Numbered from the stretch's first letter, positions 49,360-59,582 are shown. The stretch is DNA of 64,000 nucleotides from an uncultured Lachnospiraceae bacterium (GCA_947577185.1 CANPUE010000006.1:4649-68648), one strand, 5' to 3'. Notes: generated by a model not told the origin, from the letters alone. Made by a program: numbers and translations.

Positions 49360-51090
49360 TCAAGGCAAGCAATGTTGTGTGTGCAACAGCATATGGGCCT
49401 TATGTGACAGCGGTTTTTCAAAAAATTCGTCATACATTTGTATGATGTCGGCATTTTCATGAGAGAAACGGATCACGGACTTTTCATCCAGCTGATAAAG
49501 GCCGCGCCCGCGCGAAAATGCCAGCTCTTCCCCGTCATGGATCGGCTGTCCGCCGCCGCCGACACAGCCGCCGGGACAGGCCATGACCTCCACAAAATCA
49601 TAATGTACTTCGCCGCGTTCGATTTTTTCCAGTAATTGTTCTGTATTTTTGAGACCGCTCACGACCGCGGTCTTTACAACCGTATCGTCAATTGCAAACT
49701 CCGCTTCCGTCACGCCGTCGTTTTCCATAAATGCCTGACTCCTGACCGCATGAAAGGCATCTACAGGCGGGTTTTCTTTTTTCAGAATATAATATGCCGT
49801 GCGCAGCGCCGCTTCCATCACGCCTCCGGTCACACCGAAGATGACGCCTGCGCCGGATCCCTGCTGCATTGGCCTGTCGCTTTCGATCTCTTTTAAAGTG
49901 TCCGGGCTTATGTGGGCGGATCGGATCATTCTCACGAGCTCCCTTGTTGTAATGACAGCGTCAATGTCATGCCCCGCATACTCTTCATAAAAAAGTTCCA
50001 TTTCCCGTTCGCCTTTTTTGGCGACACACGGCATGACAGATACGGTAAAGATCTGCTCTGGCGATACGCCAAGCTTCTTTGCAAAGTAGGTCTTCATCAC
50101 GGCACCGAACATCTGCTGCGGTGACTTGGCGCTTGAAAGCTGACTGATAAAATGCGGGAAGCGGGATTTGATAAAACGAATCCATCCCGGACAGCAGGAA
50201 GTAAACATCGGACGTGTTTCCAACTCACCTGCTAGGAACCGCTGTAGAAATTCATGACTTTCTTCCATGATCGTAAGATCGGCGGAAAATGTCGTATCAA
50301 ATGCATAGTCTACGCCCATTCGTTTCAGGGCATCCAATATCTTACCGACGCCTGCTTCACGCTCCTTCAGGCCAAGCGATTCCCCCCAAGCCGCGCGGAC
50401 AGCGGGCGCTACCTGAGCAACGACAATTTTTTCTTTATCGTCAATGGCATCCCAGACTTCTTTCGTGTCATCGCGCGCTCTGAGCGCACCGACCGGGCAG
50501 TGCGTAATACACTGACCGCACAGGGCGCAGTCCGCCTCACGGATGCTCTTATGACCTGCCACATTGACTGTCGTCCATGAACCCGTACCTTCCACATCCC
50601 AGACGCCGAGTCCCTGCACTTTGTCACAGATCTGAATACAGCGCATACACTTGATACACTTGGAGGCATCCCGTACGAGCGGAAAGCTTTTGTCCCACGC
50701 CTGTCTTTCGAGTTCCTTTTTGTAGGGATTTTCTATCACATTTAAATCGTTTGCAATCTTCTGGAGCGTGCAGTTTCCGCCTCTCGCACAGCCTGCACAG
50801 TTGGAGTCGTGCTGGGACAGGAGCAGTTCGACCGTCGTTTTCCTGTGTTTGCGGACTCTGGGACTGTTCGTGTAAATCACCATACCTTCTTCTGCCACGT
50901 TATTGCAGGAAGTGATCAGTTTGTCCTTTCCCTCGAGTTCTACAACACATACGCGGCAGGCAGCGATCTCATTGATTCCTTTCAGATAACACAGTTTCGG
51001 AATCGGTATGCCGATTTGCGCGGCGGCTTCCATAATGGTCGTTTTTTCCTGTACGGTAACCCTCTGTCCATCAATCGTTAAATTTACCAT
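49360..51090 (-). CDS. hydA: [FeFe] hydrogenase, group A catalytic subunit
   Basis: H-cluster motifs TSCCPGW, MPCVAKKGE, MACPGGCVGGGGQP; N-terminal 2Fe-2S, His-ligated 4Fe-4S and 2x4Fe-4S motifs. Confidence 0.95.
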   Translation of the reverse strand: MVNLTIDGQRVTVQEKTTIMEAAAQIGIPIPKLCYLKGINEIAACRVCVVELEGKDKLITSCNNVAEEGMVIYTNSPRVRKHRKTTVELLLSQHDSNCAGCARGGNCTLQKIANDLNVIENPYKKELERQAWDKSFPLVRDASKCIKCMRCIQICDKVQGLGVWDVEGTGSWTTVNVAGHKSIREADCALCGQCITHCPVGALRARDDTKEVWDAIDDKEKIVVAQVAPAVRAAWGESLGLKEREAGVGKILDALKRMGVDYAFDTTFSADLTIMEESHEFLQRFLAGELETRPMFTSCCPGWIRFIKSRFPHFISQLSSAKSPQQMFGAVMKTYFAKKLGVSPEQIFTVSVMPCVAKKGEREMELFYEEYAGHDIDAVITTRELVRMIRSAHISPDTLKEIESDRPMQQGSGAGVIFGVTGGVMEAALRTAYYILKKENPPVDAFHAVRSQAFMENDGVTEAEFAIDDTVVKTAVVSGLKNTEQLLEKIERGEVHYDFVEVMACPGGCVGGGGQPIHDGEELAFSRGRGLYQLDEKSVIRFSHENADIIQMYDEFFEKPLSHKAHMLLHTQHCLP

Positions 51091-52916
51091 AATACTTCCC
51101 TGCCTCCTTTAAAGATACCGTATCCGAAATGGTCACAGCGAAGGCATCTGTTTGCCTCCTGCTTTGCTTCTTTCTCGGTCATGCAGTTTTCTACGCCCTC
51201 AAAATCACATACCCGTTCACTGGCTTCACGTTCCGTGAGATTGACTCTGCCGCACGGCGTATTGTCATTGATGCGTGGTTCAGGAATTTTTACGTCACAG
51301 GAAATTTCGTGGCGGAAACCCAGATATTCATCGATATTGGCCGCCACGACCTTTGCCGCGGCGATTGCGCTGATCACGGATGCCGGGCCGCTCGCACAGT
51401 CTCCGCCCGCAAAGACACCGGGCATATTCTCAAAAGTGCCTGAGCGCTTTGTGACAATTCTGCCTCTGGCTACCGGGATTCCGGCTTCTTCAAAATGTCT
51501 CGTCTCTATGTTCTGGCCGATTGCCTTAATCAGTATATCGCAGGGAAGATAGATGTCCTCCTCCCCGGTCGGTTTGATGCCTGCCCTGCCGTCACGAATC
51601 GAACTGATCATCTGCGGCGTCACATAAATCCCTCTGATGTGCCCGGATTCATCTGTCACAATGGAGGAAGGCGCTTTTAACGTCAGAAGTTCAACGCCTT
51701 CTGCGACCGCCCCGTCGATCTCGCCGCGAAGCGCCGTCATGTCAGCAACCCTGCGCCTGTAGACGATGCTGACTTTTTTCGCTCCAAGGCGTTTTGCTGT
51801 GCGCACTGCGTCCATAGAGACGTTGCCGCCGCCGATCACCGCCACTTCTTTGCCGGACAAATCCATGATCTCGTTTTTCCCTACGTTTCTCAAAAACTGT
51901 ACTGCGGACAATACGCCCTCTGCGTCCTCTCCTTCCAGCCCAAGCTTTTTGTCTGTGCTGGCGCCGATGGTGATCAAAACGGCGTCATATTGTTTCCGCA
52001 GTTCCTGAATGGTGATATCCTGTCCGATCTTTAAGCCATGCTTTACCTGCACGCCGGTTTTTAAGATGCTGTTGATATCTTCATCCAGCCTTTCCTTGGG
52101 CAGACGATAATTGGGAATTCCATAACGCAGCATTCCGCCCAGCCTGGGAAGCATTTCATAGACCGTTACCTGATGTCCCATCAACTGTAAATAATACGCC
52201 GCGCTCAGCCCGCCGGGGCCGCCGCCGAGCACGGCAATCTTTTTGCCTGTGGAGGGCGCGCACTTTGGCGAATCCACTTCGTCCGCATAGTCAGCCGCCA
52301 TCCGTTTCAGTCCTCTGATGTTGACCGCATCGTCCACCATGTTTCTCCGGCACCTCGCTTCACAGGGGTGTTCGCAGATGAAACCGCAGGTCGTCGGGAA
52401 CGGATTGTCTTTGCGGATCAGCCGGATCGCATCTGCGTATCTGCCCTCTCCGACAAGCGCGATATAACCCGGAATATCCACATGAGCAGGACACAGAGAC
52501 ACGCATGGAACAGGCTGGTGGTATGTACAGGTACAGCGGTGGTTTTTGATATGCTCGATGTAATCATCTCGGTAGCCGGTCAGCCCTTTGTAGACCATGT
52601 TGGCCGCCTCATAACCGATCGCGCAGTCCGCCGTCTCCATAATGGATAATGCGGTCTCCTCCATAATATCCAGTGTCTCCATCGTTGCATTACCGTCCAG
52701 CACATCCTTGATAAAATGGTTTAACTGTCCCAGACCGATCCGGCAGGGCACACATTTGCCGCAGGTCTGCGCATGGCACAATTCCAGAAATGCTCTGGAC
52801 ATGTCCACAGGACACAGCCCCGGCGGGCTGGATTCAATCCTCCGCTCTAAGTCTTTGTACAATCCCTCCATGACTATTTTAGCCCTGTTGGGCAGTGCGA
52901 TCTCCAGTCTGCTCAT
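51084..52916 (-). CDS. GltD-like NAD(P)-dependent Fe-S flavoprotein with N-terminal NuoF-type 4Fe-4S domain
   Basis: TCGKCVPCRIG...CAIG; CVSLCP, CEHPCE; GGGPGG; GGGNVSMD; YRR; GGD; overlaps the hydA start. Confidence 0.88.
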   Translation of the reverse strand: MSRLEIALPNRAKIVMEGLYKDLERRIESSPPGLCPVDMSRAFLELCHAQTCGKCVPCRIGLGQLNHFIKDVLDGNATMETLDIMEETALSIMETADCAIGYEAANMVYKGLTGYRDDYIEHIKNHRCTCTYHQPVPCVSLCPAHVDIPGYIALVGEGRYADAIRLIRKDNPFPTTCGFICEHPCEARCRRNMVDDAVNIRGLKRMAADYADEVDSPKCAPSTGKKIAVLGGGPGGLSAAYYLQLMGHQVTVYEMLPRLGGMLRYGIPNYRLPKERLDEDINSILKTGVQVKHGLKIGQDITIQELRKQYDAVLITIGASTDKKLGLEGEDAEGVLSAVQFLRNVGKNEIMDLSGKEVAVIGGGNVSMDAVRTAKRLGAKKVSIVYRRRVADMTALRGEIDGAVAEGVELLTLKAPSSIVTDESGHIRGIYVTPQMISSIRDGRAGIKPTGEEDIYLPCDILIKAIGQNIETRHFEEAGIPVARGRIVTKRSGTFENMPGVFAGGDCASGPASVISAIAAAKVVAANIDEYLGFRHEISCDVKIPEPRINDNTPCGRVNLTEREASERVCDFEGVENCMTEKEAKQEANRCLRCDHFGYGIFKGGREVLW

Positions 52917-53098
52917 AGTTGTCCCTTCTTTCTGATTGTAGGTTTTGTCGAATTTCAGATATTGTTTCTATTATACCGTCCTGAAAGGGAATATGCCATA
53001 GTAATATTTTGCCGGATTATAACCTGAAGAGATCTCATGGAAGCGTGACGTCTGTCAGCGGCCGGCAGTCTTTCCGCTCTGTTTCTGAGGATATTCTC

Positions 53099-53683
53099 CT
53101 ATGAAACGTCAACCGCCAGTTTTTTTCGCATAATTAAAAACCAGCCCTGCTGTCTATAAAGATCAAAGCCGTATTTTTCATAGAGCCTGACCGGCCCTCT
53201 GTATTGGTAATCACGCTTTGTATCGGAAAACGGATAGCCTTCAACATATGTATATCCCTCTTTTTGTGCATCCGCCAAAAACGTTTCCATGACAGTTTTT
53301 GCAATTCCTTTCCCCCGGTAGCCAGGAGCAATATCTATACAGTACAGAACTTTTATCCTTCCTTTTTCAACCGGATCTGTGAAAAATGCCTCGTCTGCAC
53401 AGACTGGCGCGTAACCCAGTTTATCTCCGGCATTGCACCATCCGACAACCTTATCCCCATCATAGATCAGATAGCCTGTCATAACTCCCTGCCGGACAAA
53501 TTCTTTTGCTTTTTGGCGTCGTTCTTCCTTCAAAATACATGTTTCATCTTCCTCCCTGCTCAGATGGCTCTGAAGACAATAGCAGGCTGACCATTCTTCG
53601 TGGTCTGAAAATGCATCATGATCAAAATAATGCAAAAAATCATCTGCCATTTCAGGTGTTAGTTTTTTCATACAAAGATTCAT
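53099..53683 (-). CDS. GNAT-family acetyltransferase
   Basis: YRGKGIA, VGWCNAG, VEGYP, LYEKYGF. Confidence 0.85.
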   Translation of the reverse strand: MNLCMKKLTPEMADDFLHYFDHDAFSDHEEWSACYCLQSHLSREEDETCILKEERRQKAKEFVRQGVMTGYLIYDGDKVVGWCNAGDKLGYAPVCADEAFFTDPVEKGRIKVLYCIDIAPGYRGKGIAKTVMETFLADAQKEGYTYVEGYPFSDTKRDYQYRGPVRLYEKYGFDLYRQQGWFLIMRKKLAVDVS

Positions 53684-53804
53684 TTTTCTCTCTCCTTCTA
53701 TACTCTGTTAAATTTTTTTCATGTCAGACACAGACATGATTTCGCAGCTGGCAGCGGCATCATGAAAACCAGATGAGACATGAAACATCATTCATGTGTC
53801 AGGA

Positions 53805-55760
53805 TCAGTTTTCAATCCGCAGTGTACGCATCGCATTGAGAACTGCGATCACCATTACACCAACGTCGGCAAAGATTGCCATCCACATATTGGCGATGCC
53901 AAGCGCGCCCAGGATCAGGCACAGGGCTTTGACGGCCAGGGCGAAGACAATATTCTGGTATACGATCCGCAGACACTTGCGGGAAATGCGGATAGCAAGC
54001 GCGATCTTGCGCGGGTCGTCATCCATTAAAACTACATCGGCCGCTTCGATCGCGGCATCGGAACCGAGCGCTCCCATAGCGATACCGATATCCGCTCTTG
54101 TTAACACAGGCGCATCATTGATACCGTCTCCTACAAAGATCAGTTTTTGCTTTTCACTCTTTTGTGAAAGAAGGGATTCCACGCGCGCCACTTTATCTCC
54201 CGGCAGCAGCTCGCTGTGAATCTCATCCAGGCCAAGCTCTGTACCCACTGCCTCCGCCACCGTTTTATTATCTCCGGTCAGCATAACGCTCTTTGTGACG
54301 CCAGATCGTTTCAGAGAGGCAATCGCCTCCGCGGCGCCTTCCTTGACGACATCTGCAATCAGAATCCAGCCCGCATAGCGCAGCTGCGGCGCCGTCGGTT
54401 TCATGGACGGTTCGATTGCAGGATCTGCTGCAGGCTCTGTTGCGACATAGACGACAGTTCCCGGTTCTTTGCAGGCTTCAAAAGCAATGCCCAGTTTATC
54501 CATTAACTTCGCGTTGCCGACGGCAGTCCGCCTTCCGTCAATCTGTGCCGTGACGCCGTGTCCGCTGATCTCTTCGATGTCACATACCCTCGCTTTGTCT
54601 AAAGAAATTGCACATGCTTCGCGCAGGCTTCTGCTGATCGGGTGGGAAGAATAGCTCTCGGCAAGCGCAGCGATCTCAAGAAGATGCTGTTTTACATCCG
54701 TCTGTGCCTGCACATCCTGTACAGCGGACGCTTTATCTTCCTTTACGCAGACCTGCTTCACCTGAAAAACTCCTTCTGTCAGCGTGCCTGTTTTGTCAAA
54801 TACCACATAGCCCGCTTCTGACAACGCTTCCAGATAATTGGAACCTTTGACCAGAATGCCGCATCGGGAAGCGGCTCCGATACCGCCAAAGAAGCTGAGC
54901 GGGATCGAGATGACAAGGGCACAGGGGCAGCTGATAACCAGAAAAGTCAATGCACGGAAGAGCCAGGTGCCAAAATCCGCATCCGCCTGCAAAAACAGCA
55001 GTTGAAAAAGCGGCGGCAAAATCGCAAGGGCGGCGGCCCCGATACAGACTGCCGGGGTATAAACTCTCGCGAATTTTGAGATGAAATTCTCCGATCTGGA
55101 CTTTTTCATGCTGGAATTTTCAACCAGATCCAGGATCTTACTGACAGTGGATTCTCCAAATGCTTTCGTGGTCTGTATCTTTAAGAGCCCGGTCATATTC
55201 ACACATCCGCTGATGACATGATCCCCTGTCTGTGCATCTTTTGGAATGCTCTCTCCTGTCAGGGCGCTTGTATTAATCGTGGAACTGCCTTCCACGATCA
55301 CACCGTCCAGGGGGATCTTCTCGCCGGGTTTTACAAGAATAATCTCTCCGATGTTGATTTCTTCCGGGTCTGTCTGCACGATCTCCCCGTCTTTTTCGAT
55401 ATTGGCATAATCCGGCCGGATGTCCATCAGGGCGGAAATATTTTTACGGCTTTTTCCGACCGCATAGCTTTGGAACAACTCCCCGATCTGATAAAAGAGC
55501 ATGACCGCCACGCCTTCTGCATATTCACCCAGAACGATCGCGCCCACGGTTGCAACTGCCATCAGGAAATTTTCGTCAAACACTTCCCCGTGTATGATCC
55601 CAAGCAGTGCCTTTTTTAAAATATCATATCCGATGATCAGGTAGGGAACCAGATACAAAAACAGTGAACCGATTCCTGTAACCGGAATAAAATGTGCGGC
55701 AATGAGCAAAACCGTAGATAAAATAATGCGGATCAAAACCTTTTTTTGTTTTCTGGTCAT
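53805..55760 (-). CDS. cadA: Heavy-metal (Zn/Cd/Co) P1B-type ATPase
   Basis: TGES, SCPCAL, DKTGTLT, HP, GDGINDAP. Confidence 0.9.
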   Translation of the reverse strand: MTRKQKKVLIRIILSTVLLIAAHFIPVTGIGSLFLYLVPYLIIGYDILKKALLGIIHGEVFDENFLMAVATVGAIVLGEYAEGVAVMLFYQIGELFQSYAVGKSRKNISALMDIRPDYANIEKDGEIVQTDPEEINIGEIILVKPGEKIPLDGVIVEGSSTINTSALTGESIPKDAQTGDHVISGCVNMTGLLKIQTTKAFGESTVSKILDLVENSSMKKSRSENFISKFARVYTPAVCIGAAALAILPPLFQLLFLQADADFGTWLFRALTFLVISCPCALVISIPLSFFGGIGAASRCGILVKGSNYLEALSEAGYVVFDKTGTLTEGVFQVKQVCVKEDKASAVQDVQAQTDVKQHLLEIAALAESYSSHPISRSLREACAISLDKARVCDIEEISGHGVTAQIDGRRTAVGNAKLMDKLGIAFEACKEPGTVVYVATEPAADPAIEPSMKPTAPQLRYAGWILIADVVKEGAAEAIASLKRSGVTKSVMLTGDNKTVAEAVGTELGLDEIHSELLPGDKVARVESLLSQKSEKQKLIFVGDGINDAPVLTRADIGIAMGALGSDAAIEAADVVLMDDDPRKIALAIRISRKCLRIVYQNIVFALAVKALCLILGALGIANMWMAIFADVGVMVIAVLNAMRTLRIEN

Positions 55761-55798
55761 TGGTTCGATACCTCCTTAAAAATTGGAATACGCGGCAT

Positions 55799-56017
55799 TT
55801 AAATCTCGATCTCGCAGTCCGGTTCTACTTTCCGGCAGGCTTTTAAGACTTTTTTCATGACTGCCTTTTCATCGACGCCATCCTCAAAAGAAATTTTCAT
55901 TTTCTGTGTCATAAAGCTGACTGTGGCATCCGCCACACCGTCGGTCTTCTTTGCCGCGACTTCCATCTTTTGTGCGCAGTTGGCACAGTCTACTTCGATC
56001 TTGTAAGTTTTTTCCAT
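55799..56017 (-). CDS. Stand-alone heavy-metal-associated (HMA) domain protein
   Basis: DCANCA; 72 aa; between the ArsR gene and the ATPase. Confidence 0.88.
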   Translation of the reverse strand: MEKTYKIEVDCANCAQKMEVAAKKTDGVADATVSFMTQKMKISFEDGVDEKAVMKKVLKACRKVEPDCEIEI

Positions 56018-56102
56018 GATAGTTGTTCTCCTTTTTTTGTGTTATGATGCGAAATTTAATCGTGCCGAAGGCTTCTATAAGGTCCGGCTCATGATTTTTT
56101 GT

Positions 56103-56510
56103 TTATTCTTCCACATGCTCCATTCCCATGCTGATAATCTCTCTGACGTGATCGTCGTCGAGGGAATAGAAAATGGATTTGCCCTCTCTTCGGAATTTGA
56201 CCAGTTTGGAACTCTTCAAAATACGTAACTGGTGGCTGACCGAGGACTGACTCAGATTCAGGAGTCTTGCGATATCGTACACGCACAGTTCGGTCTCGAA
56301 AAGGGAGTATAATATTTTGATTCTTGTGGAATCTCCGAAGACTTTAAACAACTCCGCCAGATCATATAAAATCTCATCGTCGGGCTGTTGCTCGAGCACT
56401 CTCTTTACAACATCTTCTCTCGCGGCAAGAAAGCTTTCGGAGTTTTCCGTTTCAGTTTTTTGTTCGTGAATCTGTTCTTTTCGTTCCTCTGTTTTTTCGT
56501 TTTCTGTCAC
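56103..56510 (-). CDS. ArsR/SmtB metal-sensing repressor
   Basis: FKVFGDSTR, ELCVYD, SHQLRIL, alpha5 site DDH...EHVEE; GTG start after AAGGAG. Confidence 0.92.
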   Translation of the reverse strand: MTENEKTEERKEQIHEQKTETENSESFLAAREDVVKRVLEQQPDDEILYDLAELFKVFGDSTRIKILYSLFETELCVYDIARLLNLSQSSVSHQLRILKSSKLVKFRREGKSIFYSLDDDHVREIISMGMEHVEE

Positions 56511-56531
56511 TGTCTCCTCCTTTCGGTAATA

Positions 56532-56555
56532 ACATATGATCATCTGTTCATATGT
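56532..56555. promoter_or_regulatory. SmtB/CzrA-type operator
   Basis: ACATATGA-N8-TCATATGT palindrome immediately downstream of the -10 box. Confidence 0.85.
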
Positions 56556-56584
56556 ATAGTAATATATTTTTTGCTGTATGTCAA
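56556..56584 (-). promoter_or_regulatory. SigA promoter of the metal efflux operon
   Basis: TTGACA-N17-TACTAT. Confidence 0.75.
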
Positions 56585-56634
56585 TGGGATCTGCAATCTT
56601 TTTCTCTTACTGCCGAAAATTTCAAATTAAAATG

Positions 56635-56676
56635 AAAAATGCCATGCAGTCAGCGAACCTTTGCATGGCGTTTTTT
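56635..56676 (-). terminator. Intrinsic terminator
   Basis: AAAAATGCCATGCA...TGCATGGCGTTTTT stem-loop. Confidence 0.75.
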
Positions 56677-56738
56677 CTATATGCTTTCTGATTCCGTTTC
56701 ACGCAGGATCAGACTGCCTGTTTTTGGTGTTTTCTCAA

Positions 56739-57173
56739 TCATCCTTCCAGCTGTTTCTTTAACGCATCCTTTAAATACTCATACCGCCTGCGTTTTTCTT
56801 CTTTGGCAAAATGTACTTCGCGAAACTGTTCCGGATTATTTTCATAGTTTAAGATCTTATCGCCAAACTGTTCGCTCGTCAGGTCAAATACGCAGTCCCC
56901 TGCCACATTATAGCAGTGGAAATTACCGTCCTCCAGAGGGACTCCATATACCTTTCCGCCGAAGATATCCTGTGCGAGAAACGCCGTGATGGAACACTGT
57001 CCAAGTGTTTTGTTTCCGCTGTTCCATTCGCTGCGCAGCCTCGGCGCGCAGGTCTCGGCACACCAGAGCATGGAAAGCGCGTCATAGAGAGCGCGGGGTG
57101 TCTGTATTGCTGCATATTCTGCTGCGGCCGCAGGAATCAGCGCCTGCTCCCAGCCATAAAATCTGTATTCCAT
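56739..57173 (-). CDS. YunG-like hypothetical protein
   Basis: W..ETC, GQCSITA, FGG, HCYN, FDLTSEQF. Confidence 0.7.
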   Translation of the reverse strand: MEYRFYGWEQALIPAAAAEYAAIQTPRALYDALSMLWCAETCAPRLRSEWNSGNKTLGQCSITAFLAQDIFGGKVYGVPLEDGNFHCYNVAGDCVFDLTSEQFGDKILNYENNPEQFREVHFAKEEKRRRYEYLKDALKKQLEG

Positions 57174-57177
57174 CCTG

Positions 57178-57438
57178 TTATTTTCCGTCCTTTCCATAAA
57201 GAAAATTGTCCATGACATTAATTCCTGCCGCCATCTTTTTTAACTGTGACAGTTCGCGTTTCATATAGGATTCCAGCTGTTTTGTTTCCGTTTCCAAAAA
57301 TCCGTGACTGCTTATGATCGTACAGTCCGGTATCTTTCCTTCGGCGGTCCTTGTTCCGTCAGTGAAGGAAACAAACGCGTATTTTTTTCCGTCTTTTGCG
57401 CAGATCGGTGAGACAGACATCTTTAATTCATCACTCAT
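57178..57438 (-). CDS. Small hypothetical protein
   Basis: 86 aa ORF, AAGGAG RBS, tightly packed in the operon. Confidence 0.7.
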   Translation of the reverse strand: MSDELKMSVSPICAKDGKKYAFVSFTDGTRTAEGKIPDCTIISSHGFLETETKQLESYMKRELSQLKKMAAGINVMDNFLYGKDGK

Positions 57439-57491
57439 GTTTGTAGTACTCCTTCCCTTCCGCGGATATGCTGCGTTTACCTTATATTCCT

Positions 57492-58250
57492 CTATATTCC
57501 TTTCTCAACCTGTTTTCCCTTATTATGGTATTCCGTCAAAATATCTTTGACTCTGTTGTAAATCAGATTGCCCTTGTCCTGCCCGAATGATTTGACCAGT
57601 TCACGGTTAAAATCCTGTTTTTCTTTATTGGCGATGATCGCCTTGTATATGGTCGTGTAACTCGATGCCGACAGTTTATCTTCTTTCACGGCTGTTCTGA
57701 CCTTTTTGCGGTAAGCTTCCGGCAGGTTCTGGGTGTTTGTCTTTACCGGAAGTTTAATCAGGGACACAGAACTCACGTTCGCGCTTTGCCCGGCCGCTGT
57801 TCCTGCATTGGCAGGCTGTTTTGTGCCTGGCTTCACACCCTGTCTTGCGGGCGGTTTCGCAGGTGTCTTTGCAGGCTGTCTGATGACAGTGTTCTCTCCC
57901 TGTATGCTGTTCCTGCGGTCTATTTTGATATTGTGGCATTTCCAGTAGTCGACAATGCTGTCATAGCCCGTATCTTTACTGATGATGTATACCGGTCCTT
58001 TTTCCCCTCTGCCGATCACAAAGCCAAGGTAAGTGGCAAGCTGAAAGTCGAGGTAATTCTTTGCTATTTTATTCGTCTTCACATATTCTACATGTGCGTT
58101 TGTACTCATGATCTCTACATGTCTGTCGAAAGAAATGGACTTAATCTTGATACCGTAGAAGATAATCACTTTATCTTCTTTGGCCAGTGTCCGGATCCCT
58201 TCGAGACCATCATCGTGTACATTTTCAAAATCAATCAAATAGATTGCCAT
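57492..58250 (-). CDS. PIN-like domain protein
   Basis: YLIDFENV, KNYLDFQL, IISKDTGYD acidic motifs. Confidence 0.8.
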   Translation of the reverse strand: MAIYLIDFENVHDDGLEGIRTLAKEDKVIIFYGIKIKSISFDRHVEIMSTNAHVEYVKTNKIAKNYLDFQLATYLGFVIGRGEKGPVYIISKDTGYDSIVDYWKCHNIKIDRRNSIQGENTVIRQPAKTPAKPPARQGVKPGTKQPANAGTAAGQSANVSSVSLIKLPVKTNTQNLPEAYRKKVRTAVKEDKLSASSYTTIYKAIIANKEKQDFNRELVKSFGQDKGNLIYNRVKDILTEYHNKGKQVEKGI

Positions 58251-58316
58251 AGTAATCTCCAATTCTGCTGCTTGATACAGATTATCCTGATCGTCTGCGG
58301 CTGTCCGGAACCAGCG

Positions 58317-59582
58317 TTATGGCCGGATCTGTCCGTTTCCGACGATCGTATATTTATAGGTAGTAAGTTCTTTCAGGCCCATAGGACCTCTCGCGTGTAG
58401 TTTCTGCGTGCTGATCCCGATCTCTGCTCCGAAACCAAATTCAAAACCGTCTGTAAATCTGGTTGAGGCGTTGACATACACACAGGCGGAATCGATTCCC
58501 TGCAGGAATCTGTCGGCGTTTTCTTTCTTTTCCGTGATGATGGCGTCGGAATGTCTGGTATTGCAGAGGTTGATATGCGCAATGGCTTCCTCCAGAGAAG
58601 AAACTGTTTTCATGGAAATAATATAGTCCAGATATTCCGTCCGATAGTCCTCCTGCGTCGCCGCCGTACAGTCGGGCAGAATGGATCTTATGTGTTCATC
58701 CGCACGCATTTCCACATTGTTTTGCCGGAGCGCTTCGCCAAGTTCGGGCAGGATGCGGTCTGCCGCCTTTTCATGGATGACAAGAGACTCACAGGCATTG
58801 CAGACACCGATTCTCTGTGTTTTGGCATTGATGATGATGGACACGGCTTTCCTGATATCGGCATATTCATCAACATAAATATGGCAGTTGCCGGTTCCTG
58901 TCTCAATCACGGGAATCGTGCTGTTTTCCAGTACAGTCCGGATGAGTCCCGCACCGCCCCGCGGGATCAGTACGTCGACATACTGGTTCATTCTCATGAA
59001 CTGAGCCGTTACCTGCCTGTCCGTATCCGTAATCAGCTGGAGCGCGTCTTTGGGAATCCCCTGTTTTTTTAGTGTGTCCCGTATGATTCCGGCGATGGCG
59101 GTGTTCGAACAGAGCGCATCTTTTCCGCCTTTTAAGATAACCGCATTCCCGGTCTTAAAGCACAGTCCGAACGCATCCGCAGTCACATTGGGCCTGGATT
59201 CGTAGATGATTCCGATCACGCCGAGCGGAACACGAAGTTTTGTTATTTTGAGGCCGTTTGGCCGCTTAAACTGTTCTAAAATCTCACCGAGCGGATCGGG
59301 TAACCGTGCGATCTGCAGCAGGCCTTCTGCCATTGCGAGAATCCGCTCGTCCGACAGTTTCAGTCTGTCTAAAAGGCCCGGATGCATACCGTTGTCTTCG
59401 CCGCGGCGGATATCTTTTTCATTTTCTCTTAAAATTTCACTTTTTCTGTCTGAAAAAGCCTGTGCAACCGCCGCCAGAGCCTCGTTTTTTTGGGCAGTGG
59501 TGAGCGTCTGCAGAGCATATTTGGCCGTCTGTGCGTCTTTTCCCATTTCTTCCAGTACAGCGTTATGTGTATCTGTGTCCAT
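58317..59582 (-). CDS. proA: Gamma-glutamyl phosphate reductase
   Basis: IYESRPNVT, GNCH, CNACE, NASTRF, EIGISTQKLHARGP. Confidence 0.97.
   Translation of the reverse strand: MDTDTHNAVLEEMGKDAQTAKYALQTLTTAQKNEALAAVAQAFSDRKSEILRENEKDIRRGEDNGMHPGLLDRLKLSDERILAMAEGLLQIARLPDPLGEILEQFKRPNGLKITKLRVPLGVIGIIYESRPNVTADAFGLCFKTGNAVILKGGKDALCSNTAIAGIIRDTLKKQGIPKDALQLITDTDRQVTAQFMRMNQYVDVLIPRGGAGLIRTVLENSTIPVIETGTGNCHIYVDEYADIRKAVSIIINAKTQRIGVCNACESLVIHEKAADRILPELGEALRQNNVEMRADEHIRSILPDCTAATQEDYRTEYLDYIISMKTVSSLEEAIAHINLCNTRHSDAIITEKKENADRFLQGIDSACVYVNASTRFTDGFEFGFGAEIGISTQKLHARGPMGLKELTTYKYTIVGNGQIRP

Noticed and set aside
52917-53098. Possible riboswitch upstream of the hydrogenase operon (also 60490-60566)
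   Set aside because: No recognisable conserved riboswitch motifs by eye; an Rfam/Infernal search would be needed
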